34,697 nucleotides of DNA from Candidatus Subterrananammoxibius californiae (GTDB lineage Bacteria; Planctomycetota; Brocadiia; Brocadiales; Subterrananammoxibiaceae). A program made the position numbers and the translations under genes. Position 1 is the stretch's first letter. The number at the start of each line of letters is the position of its first letter. The DNA lies in assembly GCA_030586555.1 (NCBI GenBank), contig JAURAC010000033.1, forward strand, positions 1 to 34,697, in the 5' to 3' direction. A model generated the notes under the pieces. The model was not told where the DNA came from. It ran no database searches and was given only the letters and a program-made list of their open reading frames with translations. This document shows positions 26,623-34,696 of this stretch, one piece after another.

Positions 26623-26814
26623 CAGCCATTTATCGCCCTTGTTGACCAAATCCTCACCGCAAAGAAGAAACACACCCCTTTATCCCCTCTTGATAGAGGG
26701 GAAGATAGCGCCGACACGTCGGCGCTGGAAAGGCAGATTGACCAGATGGTCTACGAACTTTACAACCTCACCCCGGAAGAAATTAAAGTGGTAGAGGGTT
26801 TTAATAAGAGATAA
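26623..26814 (+). repeat. Array repeat R6 (longest copy, with an in-frame palindrome insertion)
   Basis: Translates QPFIALVDQILTAKKK[HTPLSPLDRGEDS]ADTSALERQIDQMVYELYNLTPEEIKVVEGFNKR*. Confidence 0.92.
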
Positions 26815-26851
26815 TAATATATTGTGCCCATGGATTTCTTGGGAATTGCTA

Positions 26852-27142
26852 TTACTTTCTTTTGATGAGTTGCCAGAGTTCGTTGCCATGCGTGGCAGGT
26901 GCTATAGATTCATGTATTACCAGAGCTTGATTACGTTTGCTTAGATTGCCGAGGTAGCCGTAAAGCCTTAGAATATCCACAAGGTAGTCCCTCAGGTATT
27001 CTATTCCCAGTGCTCCACCCAATCGGTTAATCTTATAGGCAACATCATCCAATTCGACCAGCGATTCAATGTAGCACATTGCATCTGAATCGTAGCGCTT
27101 CTTCAATTCCAGCATCTTTTTCTCAAACTGACAAGCTAACAA
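26852..27142 (-). CDS. Hypothetical protein (start uncertain, possibly 27115)
   Basis: ORF of plausible composition; no recognised motif. Confidence 0.4.
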   Translation of the reverse strand: MLACQFEKKMLELKKRYDSDAMCYIESLVELDDVAYKINRLGGALGIEYLRDYLVDILRLYGYLGNLSKRNQALVIHESIAPATHGNELWQLIKRK

Positions 27143-27152
27143 TCTTTTTCCC

Positions 27153-27182
27153 TTGATTTTTACTAATTGGCTTAAGTATAAT
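27153..27182 (+). promoter_or_regulatory. Sigma70-like promoter for tRNA-Gly/tig
   Basis: TTGATT, 18 nt spacer, TATAAT, 10 nt before the tRNA. Confidence 0.55.
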
Positions 27183-27192
27183 TAAAAATAAT

Positions 27193-27267
27193 GCGGGTGT
27201 AGCTCAGTGGTAGAGCGTCACGTTGCCAACGTGAATGTCGTGGGTTCGAACCCCATCACCCGCTCCA
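27193..27267 (+). tRNA. tRNA-Gly (GCC)
   Basis: GCGGGTG/CACCCGC acceptor stem, AGCTCAGTGGTAGAGC D-arm, TCACG-TTGCCAA-CGTGA anticodon arm, GGTTCGAACCC T-arm, encoded CCA. Confidence 0.97.
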
Positions 27268-27271
27268 GTTA

Positions 27272-27341
27272 AGTTGAGAGTTAAGGAGTTAAAGAGTCAA
27301 AGAGTTAAAAGGTTTTAAACTCTAAACTCATAACTCTGAAC
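27272..27341. repeat. Short tandem repeats in inverted arrangement (GAGTTAAA / AACTC)
   Basis: gagttaag gagttaaa gagtcaaa gagttaaa…aaactct aaactca taactct. Confidence 0.65.
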
Positions 27342-27362
27342 TTGTAAGAATGGGGGTTTGAG

Positions 27363-28673
27363 TTGGAAACAGCTGAGATAAATGTACAAATCGAAGAAGT
27401 GGGACCTTGTAAAAAGCTTTTGAAGATAGAGGTTCCTAAGGAAAATGTCGAAACAGAGTGGGAAAAGCGATTTGCTGAGGTCTGTCAAGCGGCGGAACTG
27501 CCTGGCTTTCGTAAGGGACGCGCTCCTAAAAAACTTGTAGAAAAACGCTTTGGTGAGCAAATTAAAGAGGATGTTAAACAGGCTGTCGTTAGCGATTCTT
27601 ACCAGAAGGCAATCGAAAAGAACGACATTAATCCCATCGGATTGCCAGAGTTTAGCGATATAGATTTCGACCCAGGTAAGCCGCTTAATTTTAAAGTTAC
27701 TTTAGAAGTCAAACCCACTTTTACTATTGAGAATTATCGGGGCATTAGACTAATTAGAAAATCTGCCGCTTTAACAGATGAAGAGGTTGAGAAGGCGCTT
27801 AATAATATTGCCGTGCAAAAGGCACAACTGAGTGTGGTGGAAGATGGTAAAATCGGGCATACAGACCATGTTATCTGCGATTGTCAGGTAAAAATTGATA
27901 AGGATGTTATCTGGCAGGATAGCGATATCGAGATAATGGCATCTAATCCTTTAGTAACAGGTATTGATGCTCCGGGGCTTGCCAGCGCCCTGATTGGAAT
28001 ATCGTCCGGGGAGCAATGCGAAGTTAGTGTGAAATTAGTTGATGCTTTCCCTGTAAAGGAACACCAGGGTAAAAATGCCACTTTAGTATTAACCATAAAA
28101 GAAATAAAAAGACCTAAAGTACCAAAGATTGATGATGAACTGGCAAGGCAGTTGGATTTTGATTCCCTCGAGGAGTTAAAGAAACACCTGCGTGAGAGGT
28201 TGGAGCATGACAAACGAACCTGGGTTCAACGGAATCTTACATCTCAACTTTATGAGAAGTTATTTGACATGGCAAACTTTGACCTGCCAAAGGATTTAAT
28301 AGCTCGGCAATCAGAGAGAAGACTAAGACGGTACCAATTAGAGTTACTCTATAAGGGTACTCCAGTAGATAAGATTCGGAAAGAGGCAGAGTATTTAAAG
28401 AATGCCTCTGAAGAGTCTGTTGTACGGGATGTCAAACTATCTTTTATCCTTGAGCAAATTGCTGATAAAGAAAAAATTTATGTAACGGAGACTGACATCG
28501 AAAACAGGATTGTTGAGATGGCAAATGCTCATCGTACAACACCTGCTAAACTGCGCAGGCAACTTGAAAAAGATGGTGACATTTCTAACTTGAGATACAC
28601 AATGAGAGAAGAAAAAGTGATAAACTTATTAATGAAGGATGCTGTTCTTGAAGATGAAGGGAAAATGCAGTGA
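27363..28673 (+). CDS. tig: Trigger factor
   Basis: LPGFRKGRAP ribosome-binding motif; upstream of clpP. Confidence 0.95.
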   Translation: METAEINVQIEEVGPCKKLLKIEVPKENVETEWEKRFAEVCQAAELPGFRKGRAPKKLVEKRFGEQIKEDVKQAVVSDSYQKAIEKNDINPIGLPEFSDIDFDPGKPLNFKVTLEVKPTFTIENYRGIRLIRKSAALTDEEVEKALNNIAVQKAQLSVVEDGKIGHTDHVICDCQVKIDKDVIWQDSDIEIMASNPLVTGIDAPGLASALIGISSGEQCEVSVKLVDAFPVKEHQGKNATLVLTIKEIKRPKVPKIDDELARQLDFDSLEELKKHLRERLEHDKRTWVQRNLTSQLYEKLFDMANFDLPKDLIARQSERRLRRYQLELLYKGTPVDKIRKEAEYLKNASEESVVRDVKLSFILEQIADKEKIYVTETDIENRIVEMANAHRTTPAKLRRQLEKDGDISNLRYTMREEKVINLLMKDAVLEDEGKMQ

Positions 28674-28763
28674 TAAGTGCCGAGGTGATAGTGGCGAGTG
28701 AAAAAAACACCTTGACTGGCATCTTACCACGCGTCACTTTTTATACAAAGAAGGAGTTTTAAG

Positions 28764-29444
28764 GTGAATAAATATTTTTCGGCAAATCATAGCCTGGTTA
28801 ATGAACCTTCTGGGTCTAATTTCAAAAACGTTTTTGTTCCTTTTGTGATTGAAAAGACGGGTTACGGCGAAAGGCACTACGACATCTTCTCGAGGCTTCT
28901 AAAGGACCGTATAATCTTTATAGGCTCTCCTATTGATGATGATGTGTCAAACCTCGTGATTGCGCAGATGCTGTTCTTACAGAACGAAAACAAGAATCAG
29001 GATATTAATCTTTACATTAATTCTCCCGGAGGCTCTATTACGGCTGGGCTTGCTATTTACGATACAATGCAGTTTGTTCAATGCGATGTTTCAACCTATT
29101 GCATAGGTCAGGCGTTTAGTATGGCGGCAATCCTGCTGGCAGCCGGTACAAAGGGTAAGAGGCACGGGCTGCCACATAACCGCATCATGCTCCATCAGCC
29201 ATGGGGAGGGATGAGGGGTACTGCCGTTGATATAAGCATACAGGCAGAAGAAATAATGCGCCTGAAGAAGTACCTTAATGAGATTCTCGTCACTCATACA
29301 GGCCAAAAAATGAAACGTGTAGAAGAGGACGTTGATAGGGACTTCTATATGTCATCGGAAGAGGCAAAAGAGTATGGGATTATAGATGAGGTTGTGGAAT
29401 CATTGAGGGCTGAGAAGGCTGTTTTCGCAACTGTTGGCGCATAA
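28764..29444 (+). CDS. clpP: ATP-dependent Clp protease proteolytic subunit
   Basis: [29 protein letters not shown] (Ser), MLHQP (His), DRDF (Asp). Confidence 0.97.
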   Translation: MNKYFSANHSLVNEPSGSNFKNVFVPFVIEKTGYGERHYDIFSRLLKDRIIFIGSPIDDDVSNLVIAQMLFLQNENKNQDINLYINSPGGSITAGLAIYDTMQFVQCDVSTYCIGQAFSMAAILLAAGTKGKRHGLPHNRIMLHQPWGGMRGTAVDISIQAEEIMRLKKYLNEILVTHTGQKMKRVEEDVDRDFYMSSEEAKEYGIIDEVVESLRAEKAVFATVGA

Positions 29445-29447
29445 TAT

Positions 29448-29500
29448 GTAGGGGCAGGTCTCGTACCTGCCCTATTGGGCAACCCAAGGGTTGCCCCTAC
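29448..29500. repeat. GTAG-family REP doublet
   Basis: gtaggggcaggtctcgtacctgccc…gggcaacccaagggttgcccctac. Confidence 0.87.
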
Positions 29501-29504
29501 AAAA

Positions 29505-29711
29505 ATGATTGACATTTTACTTGGCATTTTAATGCTTGTTGTATTAATCCGTGTTCCGGGACCACCTAAGGTAGGGTTGCTGATTTTATTAGGGCTACTT
29601 TACTGGATAAACAGAAGAAGAAAAAAAACAAAGCCGCAACAGCATGGAGTAATAAAAGATGAGGGTAGAAATATTGTAACCCTCTCTAAGGACCAGTACA
29701 AGGTACATTAA
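29505..29711 (+). CDS. Small membrane protein
   Basis: Two hydrophobic stretches followed by RRRKK. Confidence 0.55.
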   Translation: MIDILLGILMLVVLIRVPGPPKVGLLILLGLLYWINRRRKKTKPQQHGVIKDEGRNIVTLSKDQYKVH

Positions 29712-29817
29712 CAGCAGTGGCGAGGGCCGAGGTGTCAGTAGCAAGTGAAAGAAGATTTAAAATATATTCCTTGACTAATACCTCGTCACTCGTCACTTGT
29801 CACTTTTGGGAGAGAGT

Positions 29818-30177
29818 ATGTTGAAATTAAAAGCAGATTGGGTTGGACCTATCGTTCTATTGTTTTGCTTAACAGGTTGCATGTCTCCAATGATTATCAA
29901 GACCGAACCACCAGAGGCAAAGACCTATGTTAATGTAAAATATGTTGGTTTATCGCCAGTTACTTGTAACGGAAGGGGCTGGCTCTGGGGAAAGAGAGAG
30001 GTGCTTGTTATGAAACAGGACTATAAATCAACGATAAGGATGGTTAACAGAGTGCCTCGAAAACCAGAAACTATGTTGCAAAAAACCATTTTCAGACCAG
30101 CGTATCTTGGCTCATGGTACTGGCCCGAAGAGGTTTTTATAGAATTGGAAGAGAAGACAGAGACGCCTCCTGAATAA
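29818..30177 (+). CDS. PEGA-domain-like lipoprotein
   Basis: Lipobox LTGC; IKTEPPEAKTYVN…YVGLSPV. Confidence 0.7.
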   Translation: MLKLKADWVGPIVLLFCLTGCMSPMIIKTEPPEAKTYVNVKYVGLSPVTCNGRGWLWGKREVLVMKQDYKSTIRMVNRVPRKPETMLQKTIFRPAYLGSWYWPEEVFIELEEKTETPPE

Positions 30178-30186
30178 CCTCTCAAT

Positions 30187-30217
30187 GGGTGGCATGGACA
30201 AACTTGTTTGTCCGTGC
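30187..30217. repeat. REP-like palindrome (GGGTGGCATGGACAAAC family)
   Basis: gggtggcatggacaaacttgtttgtccgtgc. Confidence 0.8.
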
Positions 30218-30253
30218 TCAAGCTTATTTGTGAAAAATGTAGGAGTATCTTGA

Positions 30254-30670
30254 ATGTTAGTAAAAGATATCATGAAGACCGATGTTATAACCCTCGATAC
30301 TGATGCAAAACTTGGTTTTGCTGAAGAGATAATGTATCTTGGAAGGATAAGACATCTGCCAGTCGTGAAGAATGGTTTTTTAGTAGGGATTATATCGCAG
30401 AGAGACCTTTTTAAAGCCTCGCTTACATCAATAATAACAACATGGAAGGAGAATAAAAAGTTTCTTGATTCCATTGAGATTAAAGAAGTCATGGTAAGTG
30501 ATGTAGTGACCGTTTTGCCAGACTGCTCAGTTGAGGAGGCGGCACAATTGTTGGTTGACAAGAAGATTGGCTGCCTTCCGGTTGTTGAAGACAATATGAA
30601 GCTGAAAGGGCTCATTACAGAAACAGATTTCCTGCAGTATTATATAAGTCAAGCCAAGAAAAATAAATAA
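30254..30670 (+). CDS. CBS-domain pair protein
   Basis: VKDIMK…IRHLPVV…LVGIISQRD…IGCLPVV…GLITETD. Confidence 0.93.
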   Translation: MLVKDIMKTDVITLDTDAKLGFAEEIMYLGRIRHLPVVKNGFLVGIISQRDLFKASLTSIITTWKENKKFLDSIEIKEVMVSDVVTVLPDCSVEEAAQLLVDKKIGCLPVVEDNMKLKGLITETDFLQYYISQAKKNK

Positions 30671-30678
30671 ATCAAACT

Positions 30679-30811
30679 GAGACCTCTGAAAAAATCGTAA
30701 AATAGTACAATTTGTCATGCTGAACTTGTTTCAGCATCCACTGAAATCAATGACTTACAAGACCCTGAAACAAGTCCAGGGTGACAGAAGCCGTACTTTT
30801 GCAGAGGTCTC
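30679..30811. mobile_element. MITE with 15-bp TIRs, AAACT target duplication and an internal REP-like doublet
   Basis: TIRs gagacctctgaaaaa / ttttgcagaggtctc (14/15 match); AAACT at 30674-78 and 30812-16. Confidence 0.8.
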
Positions 30812-30865
30812 AAACTATCATTCCAGACTTAAAGAAACATTTCTATTTATTCCAAAAGGGGAATA

Positions 30866-31012
30866 GGGGTCAGGTCTTTACTCTTGATGCAAGTTTGCGC
30901 AAGTGATAGATTATGTTACATGGCAAGACCATTAAGGTACTCCGTAGCTTTAGCGCAGGATACAAGGATAGAATTTGATGGAGTAGAATAGCAAGATTAA
31001 AGACCTGACCCC
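30866..31012 (+). mobile_element. Miniature RAYT/Y1-transposase-derived element
   Basis: 20/21-bp inverted ends ggggtcaggtcttta(c/a)tcttg; internal MARPLR[YSVALAQDTR]IEFDG is the transposase N-terminus with an in-frame insert. Confidence 0.8.
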
Positions 31013-31079
31013 AAAAGCTACACACGAAATACAATGGTTTGACCCTAACGACTATAAAATAATTGTCTAATGATAATGG

Positions 31080-31108
31080 TTGACATGATAAGAAAAGTTG
31101 TTTATTCT
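31080..31108 (+). promoter_or_regulatory. Sigma70-like promoter
   Basis: TTGACA, 17 nt spacer, TATTCT, upstream of the PIN gene. Confidence 0.55.
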
Positions 31109-31181
31109 ATTAAACATATTTGAATATAGGTAAAATATTCGTGGAATGCGATAAATTCTAAGATGAGTATATAGTCAGGTA

Positions 31182-31658
31182 ATGGGGAAAAAACTTAAAT
31201 TATATTTTGACACCTCTGTATTTAACTTTGCATTTGCTGATGATACCCCTGATAAGAAGACCATAACATTAAAACTCATAGATGAAGTGAAAACCAATAA
31301 ATACGATGTATATATTTCAGCAGTTGTTTTAAGAGAGATACGCGAAGCGCAATGGGAAAAGACAGAGAAATTGATGAGTTTGATAAATGACGTACAGCCT
31401 TTTGAATTGGAGTTTGATAGTGAGTGCTACGAACTTGCCTATGAATATGTAAAAAGGGGAATAATCCCCAAAAAGTATGAAGATGATGCCTTTCATATAG
31501 CAGTAGATTCCGTTAACGACCTTGACGCAATAATAAGCTGGAACTTTAAACACATTGTCAAACTCAAGACAAAGAAGGAAGTGTCTGGTACAAACCTGTT
31601 AATGGGATATAAGGAAATTGAGATATATTCGCCGATAGAGGTGATAGAAAATGATTAA
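31182..31658 (+). CDS. PIN-domain protein (putative toxin)
   Basis: LYFDTSV…ISAVVLREI…DDAFHIA…ISWNFKHIV. Confidence 0.88.
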   Translation: MGKKLKLYFDTSVFNFAFADDTPDKKTITLKLIDEVKTNKYDVYISAVVLREIREAQWEKTEKLMSLINDVQPFELEFDSECYELAYEYVKRGIIPKKYEDDAFHIAVDSVNDLDAIISWNFKHIVKLKTKKEVSGTNLLMGYKEIEIYSPIEVIEND

Positions 31659-31848
31659 AGAAGATAAGAGTATGGAAGAAATTCATAAAATCATGGAAGA
31701 CTTGCATAATAAGCGGGCTAAAATGAGTACCGAAGAAATAATAAAGGAAATAAAGGAAAGCGCTGAAAAAATCAAAAAAGAATACAATACAAAACTTAAA
31801 AGGCCTGTTCCTTTAGTAAAAAGCTCTCATGATAGTTCTGATAAATGA
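31651..31848 (+). CDS. Small charged protein, putative antitoxin partner
   Basis: Overlaps the PIN gene stop; MEEIHKIMEDLH pattern typical of PIN partners. Confidence 0.6.
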   Translation: MIKEDKSMEEIHKIMEDLHNKRAKMSTEEIIKEIKESAEKIKKEYNTKLKRPVPLVKSSHDSSDK

Positions 31849-31861
31849 AAGGTTTTGACCC

Positions 31862-32155
31862 TATTTGTCGTCATTTAGGATGGTTTTAGGGTTGGTATCT
31901 CTTAAAACTTGCCGTTTCTGGGGAATTTCAACATCAGGTTTTTCGGACAAATATTTGGACTTGATACGGTCTATAAACTCAGAAACGAAATACGATCATC
32001 ATTATCATTAAAAATATTCCTTCGCTCATTTCCTCGTGATAAGATGTGATAGTAAGCCCCTTCAAATTCTATGCGCCATTGTCTTGTCATGGCAGACAAG
32101 GTGGCAAAATTGCCTTTTATTGTCAATAAATTAATCACTAATCAAGGTGTGACCC
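31862..32155 (-). pseudogene. Internally deleted RAYT/IS200-like Y1 transposase element
   Basis: From 32090, MTRQWRIEFEGAYYHILSRGNERRNIFNDNDDRISFL joins out of frame to EFIDRIKSKYLSEKPDVEIPQ; GGGGTCACACC end. Confidence 0.82.
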
Positions 32156-32176
32156 CAATAGATTTCGAGTGATTTG

Positions 32177-32398
32177 TTATGCCCGTTCTCTGGATTCGCG
32201 TATCGCTTCTAATATTTCCTTTCGGGCAATCCTTTTGCCCAAGTTTGGCACATCAAAGGGAGAACGGCGAGAGGGTGTTTTCGGCACAATAGAAAACATA
32301 TCGCCTTTGCGGCGACGAATAACAATTTCCTCTTTTTTAGATTCTTCAAGAATGTCTGCTAATTTTTCTCGTGCCTGAGAGTAAGTATATATTTTCAT
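32177..32398 (-). CDS. Phd/YefM-like antitoxin
   Basis: MKIYTYSQAREKLADILEESKKEEIVIRRRKG. Confidence 0.8.
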   Translation of the reverse strand: MKIYTYSQAREKLADILEESKKEEIVIRRRKGDMFSIVPKTPSRRSPFDVPNLGKRIARKEILEAIRESRERA

Positions 32399-32635
32399 TC
32401 ACTCCACCACCTTTATACTAAGGTTTCTTGCCGCATCACACATACGGTTGTCAAGGCTAATAAGCGGTAATTTATTTTCAACACAACACTGTAAATAGTA
32501 AGCATCATAGGCATATATACTGAATCGAAGAGCAATTTTGATCGCATCATGTATTTTTACCGGAATCAATTTGACGGCTATTCTCTGCGAGATGTCGTAT
32601 GCCTTGAGAACTTCCCTATCATTAAGGCTACCCTT
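32399..32635 (-). pseudogene. 5'-truncated VapC (PIN) toxin
   Basis: …IALRFSIYAYDAYYLQCCVENKLPLISLDNRMCDAARNLSIKVVE* abuts the antitoxin ATG; the N-terminal half is missing. Confidence 0.78.
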
Positions 32636-32655
32636 TTTTCCTGCTGCAACATAAC

Positions 32656-32961
32656 TTATTTGCCTTCATTAAGTATTCTATCAATCCAATATCTCGGCTC
32701 ACGATGGAGATGTGAAACTGCCACAACTATAATTGCATCGGCATCAACACCATAAATAAGTCCGTATGGAAATCTTGAAAGCAGGCAGCGCCTGAGATTA
32801 GGCTCGATCTCCGGACATGACAATGGATAACTAACTATCCTTCTAACAGCCCTGTCTAAATCATCAAGAAATTATGTACCCAGACCGAAAGATTGGGAAT
32901 CATACCATACAACTGCGTCGTCAATCTCTGATTGTGCTGGTTTTAGAAAGCGAATTTTCAT
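32656..32961 (-). pseudogene. RelE/ParE-family toxin with a premature TAA at codon 30 (32872-32874)
   Basis: MKIRFLKPAQSEIDDAVVWYDSQSFGLGT*FLDDL…RRCLLSRFPYGLIY…AVSHLHREPRYW. Confidence 0.85.
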
Positions 32962-33179
32962 CTGGCTCGATGTTTGCTCATCACCTTTTCATAAGAAACT
33001 GTCTCTAATTTGCCTGCCTTGTACGCCTGCCAGCGATTCCTTGCTTCTTCAGCCCAGATACGGTCGATTTCCGGGTCTGGCTTGTCGAGCTGCGTTAGGA
33101 TTGAATCGACAAGTTTAAGCTTCTCGGTATCCGACAAAGACCGTATTTTCGCCTTAAGCTCTTTGTTAATCGTTGCCAT
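32958..33179 (-). CDS. Addiction-module component (putative antitoxin)
   Basis: LSDTEKLKLVDSILTQLDKPDPEIDRIWAEEARNR; ATGA overlap with the ParE-like gene. Confidence 0.85.
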   Translation of the reverse strand: MATINKELKAKIRSLSDTEKLKLVDSILTQLDKPDPEIDRIWAEEARNRWQAYKAGKLETVSYEKVMSKHRAR

Positions 33180-33420
33180 AGTCTTTCTCCTTTCTTACAC
33201 CTTATATTATAAAACTATTTCGGCCCGTTGACCCGCCACATGCTGCGGGTGATGCCATGGTTGATTAGTGATGCGCAAAATAAATTTGATACAAACCGTT
33301 AATCCACTTAATCAGTCCTTCCTTCCGACATGTTCGGGTTAGGTTATTATCTGTTTTAATTTTATATCCATCATTATTTAACAATTAAGATGAGACCCCC
33401 TTCTGTACTTCTATACCCTT

Positions 33421-33567
33421 TAAAAATATTCCTGCGCTCATTTCCTCGTGATAAGATGCGATAGTAAGCCCCTTCAAATTCTATGCGCCATTGTCTTGTC
33501 ATGGCAGACAAACTATCAAAATTGCCTTTTATTGTCAATAAATTAATCACTAATCAAGGTGTGACCC
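33421..33567 (-). pseudogene. Second 5' remnant of the same Y1 transposase element (147-bp direct repeat of 32009-32155)
   Basis: From 33502, MTRQWRIEFEGAYYRILSRGNERRNIF; TTGACA-17-TAGTTT promoter on the minus strand. Confidence 0.85.
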
Positions 33568-33650
33568 ATATTTATACAAATTTTTAATAATTATAATCTT
33601 TTGTTACATAAAGACTTAAAAAATATTCAAAAATTTTTTTCAAAAATCCC

Positions 33651-33678
33651 TTGACTTTTTGAAATTATGTGGTACAAT
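33651..33678 (+). promoter_or_regulatory. Sigma70-like promoter with extended -10
   Basis: TTGACT, 16 nt spacer, TGnTACAAT, upstream of 33740. Confidence 0.6.
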
Positions 33679-33739
33679 TATCTACTTTGTTAAATTATAA
33701 TAATTAAAACAATTAGTTTTAATTTTAATAGGAGAACAG

Positions 33740-34558
33740 ATGATTACAATAAAAACAGAACATGTTGAATTGGAGCAAGCAGAAAAGATATGGAAACAAC
33801 AGGTTAATCAAGTACGTTCATACATAGATAAATTTTGGGAAATGGGGCGTATTACGGCTGAAGTATTAAAAAATGCCCGATATGGGGATTCAACACTGTC
33901 TAAATTTGCAAGAGAAGTAGGCATTTTGCCTATTAATTTATATCGCTATTGCAGAGTATATAAGGCAATTCCACAGGACATAAAGGATAAATATTCCGAA
34001 ATTTTAAGTTTTTGTATGTTTGAAGAACTTATAAATTATGGAATACAAAAGAAAAAGTTTGATGAATATTTAGAAAAAGCGATACACGAGTGGTATTCGG
34101 TGGCAGAATTTGGTAGGTTCTTATCTACTTGTGATGGCAGACGCGATCCGGTATCCCCCAGAGCAAAAGATGCAGCCCAGTACGACCGATACCAATATGG
34201 TTCTTTCTATATAATCCAGCTCGTGCCAGAAGCCCTTCCCACTCGGGTGAAGATCGGCTATGCAGACGACGTTGATCAAAGGCTAAACGAACATCGCACC
34301 GCAGCACCAACTGCAAGACTTCTGAAAGCGTGGCCATGCAAGAAATCTTGGGATTATACAGCCATGGACAGTATCACGAGAGAAGGATGTAAACGCGTGA
34401 GGAATGAAGTTTATGAGGGTGATATCACAGGGTTTCTTGAACGTGCAGAAGGGTTCTTTGCGCTCATGCCCAAGCCAGACAACGAAAAGGAACTGTCGGG
34501 GCATTTGCCGCTTTACGCGCCTGAAGAAGACGAAGAAGAAGGGTCACACCTTGATTAG
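33740..34558 (+). CDS. DUF1016-N-like helical domain fused to a GIY-YIG/T5orf172-like domain
   Basis: N-terminal FWEMGR…YGDSTLSKFAREVG…NLYRYCRVY; C-terminal GSFYIIQL…RVKIGYADDVDQRLNEHRT. Confidence 0.65.
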   Translation: MITIKTEHVELEQAEKIWKQQVNQVRSYIDKFWEMGRITAEVLKNARYGDSTLSKFAREVGILPINLYRYCRVYKAIPQDIKDKYSEILSFCMFEELINYGIQKKKFDEYLEKAIHEWYSVAEFGRFLSTCDGRRDPVSPRAKDAAQYDRYQYGSFYIIQLVPEALPTRVKIGYADDVDQRLNEHRTAAPTARLLKAWPCKKSWDYTAMDSITREGCKRVRNEVYEGDITGFLERAEGFFALMPKPDNEKELSGHLPLYAPEEDEEEGSHLD

Positions 34559-34696
34559 TGATTTAATTTTTTCTAATCGTTTATTAATTTCATCTCTGCC
34601 TGTGCGAAAGCAGACAGGTTCTTTAGGCATCTTTGATTTCATAATAGTTACTCGCCGACTTATGGAAGAATAACCAAGACCAAACAAATTACCGAT
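34544..34696 (-). mobile_element. 3' end of a RAYT/Y1 transposase gene entering from the right edge
   Basis: IGNLFGLGYSSISRRV…[PVCFRTGR]…KIKSLIKV* (C-terminal HTH); its end matches the 23-bp terminus gggtcacaccttgattagtgatt of the remnants. Confidence 0.7.

Noticed and set aside
24686..26625. Classical integron (RYYYAAC motifs after the DUF5615 and MazF genes)
   Set aside because: ATCTAAC and ACCTAAC are present, but I see no matching GTTRRRY-ended attC hairpins and no intI. IntegronFinder would settle it.
21025..26814. CRISPR array
   Set aside because: Repeats are variable in length, protein-coding in origin and separated by 0.6-2.2 kb of genes; no cas genes.
20900..27267. tRNA-integrated genomic island
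   Set aside because: The island lies 5' of tRNA-Gly; no duplicated tRNA 3' end and no integrase were seen.
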